NCBI GenBank assembly: GCA_013239625.1
Contig: MU056262.1
Location: forward strand, 3,198,992 to 3,262,991
DNA: 64,000 nucleotides
Source: Lama guanicoe
Lineage: Eukaryota
Direction of reading: 5' to 3'
The notes under the pieces are model-generated. The model was not told the DNA's origin and did not search any database. It saw nothing but the letters and a program-made list of their open reading frames with translations. The position numbers and the translations under genes were made by a program. This document shows positions 61,642-64,000 of this stretch, piece after piece; the stretch's first letter is position 1, and every line of letters begins with the position of its first letter.

Positions 61642-61904
61642 CTCTTTCTTTCCAGGAGATTATCTAAAATCATTAGGTGGGGCCAAATGAGACAGGCATC
61701 CTAAGGAGGTAAGAGGTTCTTCGGAAGTCCAGTGTTTTTATCAGAGCCACAGCAAAATCGAGGCCGTCTGTGCCAGGTTGGGGAAGCTACTTGATGTGGA
61801 TATGAGAGTCCAAGAAGGAGGTAGTAGGGTTTGTACGTAGTGAGGGCAGTGGGGAGGGAGAGCAGGAGACAGGATGCAATGAGCAGGGTCTTCTGCATAC
61901 ACAC

Positions 61905-63238
61905 AAGTGATGGGGAGATCTGAAGCTAAAATGGTTACTTGTAGAGTACTGATAAATAAGTAATGTATTAATTATAGTGGGAGCTTGATTTCTCACTGTC
62001 AGAGGAGGGTATTTTAAATACAAAAAGGGAAGAAACTGTGATTAACTCTAGTGTTGAACTGAAAGAGGAGATATTGATATGAACTTATCATTTTCAATAG
62101 ATAGACAGAGATTAGATACAAATATATATATGAGATTTGTGTGCATGTGTCTGTGTGAATGTGTAAATAAATGTATTTCTAGCCCTATCCCCTGAAAGAG
62201 CCTGTGAGCTATGACAACCAGAAGCAAAAAGTGTACCTGGTGCCTGGTCATGGTTTCTAACTGTAACTTTCTACTGAGTGGCATCATGGCTCCTTGGAGA
62301 AAGGGCTGATTCCAAGGCTGGAAAATGTAAGCCGGAAAGTGTGCTAGAACATAAGAATGATGAGGGCATATAATAGATGTCAGCTTAAAGGGGCTCCCAC
62401 TGGCCAAATCTTGATGAATTTCAGCATTACATTAAATAATGAAAGTAATGGATTAAACCATGGGATAAAAATAATCCATACGATTGTAGTGACATAAATA
62501 TATGAATAAATTATTGAAAGTTTGATGAGGAATGGGATTTGCATAATCGCATAATACCTCCACCCTCAATACTTATTATTTATAATGGGAAAATAACTTT
62601 ATAATGGAGAACTCTGGAAACACCTCTTTCATCAAGTGATCAACATTAGCATCACCTGTAATGGAATATATTGAATTTCAATGCCACCTAAGAGAATACA
62701 GTGAAAGCACAGCATTGCTACTATGATATTGTTGCCAAAGCTGCATCACCTAAATCCAACAATGAGGAAACATTAGATAAACCTAAAGCTAAATTAAGGG
62801 AAGGTCTTCAAGGTAACTGGCCTGTAATCATCAAAAGAATCATCATCATGAAAGTTTAAAAAAGACTGAGGAACTGTTCTAGATCAGGGGAGACTGATGA
62901 GGAGATGACTACTAAATGCAATGGAAAGACTCTGGAAGTTTTTGTTATGAAGGACCTTTGCTGGGACAACTGGGCAAGCTTTAATAGGGTGTATCTGAAG
63001 ATTAAATGGTAAGAAGATACCAAAGTTAATGTCTTTATAGTTAATGTCTTTATAGTTATAAAAACTTAATGTTTTTATAGTTCTGTCATGTTATGTAGGA
63101 GAATGTCCTTGTTGTTAAAAAATACTTTTAATTATTCCAGGCTTTGGAGCGATTTACTCTCAAATGATTCGGGGAAAGCTCAATTGTATTGATTTGCGAA
63201 TTTTCTCTGAGTTTCAAAATAAAAAGTAAAAGAGAAAA
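61905..63238 (+). mobile_element. Old L1 (L1MC3/4-like) 3' UTR, ~1.3 kb
   Basis: GGCTCCTTGGAGAAAGGGCTGATTCCAAGGCTGG, AAGGGGCTCCCACTGGCCAAATC, AATGAGGAAACATTAGATAAACC, AGACTGAGGAACTGTTCTAGAT, TGTAGGAGAATGTCCTTGTT; ends GTTTCAAAATAAAAAG. Confidence 0.8.
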
Positions 63239-63653
63239 GTTCTAATGTGTTTCTAGAAGTACCATCTCCATATCAAATTAGTTGTGAGTATATAAGTGCT
63301 TGTTTATATTTTCTCTTACAAGTAAGCGAATGTACATGTTACTCTTCGTTTGGCATTTTTCTCCTAGGGGTGATCTCAGCAATCACTGCATATTAACATA
63401 TGTACCAGGCATTCAAAAGTATGTGTTCATTTTTTAAAATGGGAAGTTAACCATCTGTTTCCTTTGAATCAATATCCTTAGCAAAACTCTACGGTCATAT
63501 TCTGATCTCAATAGAATAATTCTACTGCTTGTAGTTTGCATATCTTTCTTGGGCTTAAATGTCTGTTAGTTCCTTATGTGTAACTGTTAAACTTGATTTA
63601 ATTTTAATTGAGCTAATTTCAAATCGCCTTTTTCTCAGGTAAATTTAGTTAAT

Positions 63654-63735
63654 GTGTGTTTGTGTTTGTGTGTGTGTGTGTGTGTGTATGTGAGAGAGAG
63701 GGAGAGTGAAAGAGAAAGAGAGAGTAAAGAGGGAA
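63654..63735. repeat. (TG)n then (GA)-rich compound microsatellite
   Basis: Seen directly in the sequence. Confidence 0.85.
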
Positions 63736-64000
63736 ATATACCAAAATATTAATCATTACATTCTTTCACCTTTGATATTTGATATCACAAAGGTTTAAAA
63801 TAGCTTTATTTTTATCTCTAATTTAATGCAGTTTTAGAAGAAAAATAAAGAACATTGTAGTATTTTTAAAGTATGATGCAGGTGACAAGGTACTCTTTGA
63901 AGCCTATGATTGCTTCATTCCTTATGTTCAGCACCCTTCCTCAGTGTACTAATCTCTGGTACCTGTTTTGTACAAAACTCTAAATGTGGCTTGATAAACC

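Noticed and set aside
1-64000. CRISPR array, operon or novel multi-gene system
   Set aside because: The DNA is clearly mammalian and repeat-rich, with no regularly spaced repeat-spacer array and no gene-dense region

Overview
This window is eukaryotic, non-coding mammalian DNA, most likely camelid (alpaca, vicuna or camel). Two tRNA-Ala(AGC)-derived SINEs at 54.2-54.6 kb match what I recall of the camelid vic-1-type SINE, and the young L1 3' ends are cetartiodactyl-like. I find no credible protein-coding exon, RNA gene, CRISPR array or prokaryote-style system. The only ORFs with recognisable protein sequence are decayed LINE-1 ORF2 C-terminal pieces at 19.3-19.8 kb (minus strand); the rest are chance or microsatellite-driven. 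The window is a patchwork of L1, L2, MIR, MaLR (MLT1A/D/E/F), ERVL/ERV1 solo LTRs and DNA-transposon fossils (Tigger1, MER2/8-like, MER5, MER20, MER45, MER58), plus microsatellites and seven N-gaps of 134-180 nt. It could be a large intron or intergenic DNA; I cannot name a host gene. Repeat subfamily names come from my recollection of consensus sequences and most repeat boundaries are approximate, so both need Dfam/RepeatMasker confirmation. The signals most worth follow-up are: (1) an unexplained, three-copy ~55-70 bp motif at 0.85-2.1 kb, each copy containing a splice-acceptor-like Y-rich-CAG; (2) five CAGATG E-boxes plus an RFX X-box in ~290 bp at 46.5-46.9 kb, a candidate neural enhancer; (3) a closely spaced inverted SINE pair, a candidate dsRNA/ADAR substrate; (4) several extremely 5'-truncated retro-insertions with visible TSDs, some nested in LTRs; and (5) a candidate 53-nt cryptic exon with stops in all frames behind a poly-T. 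None of these amounts to a demonstrated new biological system.
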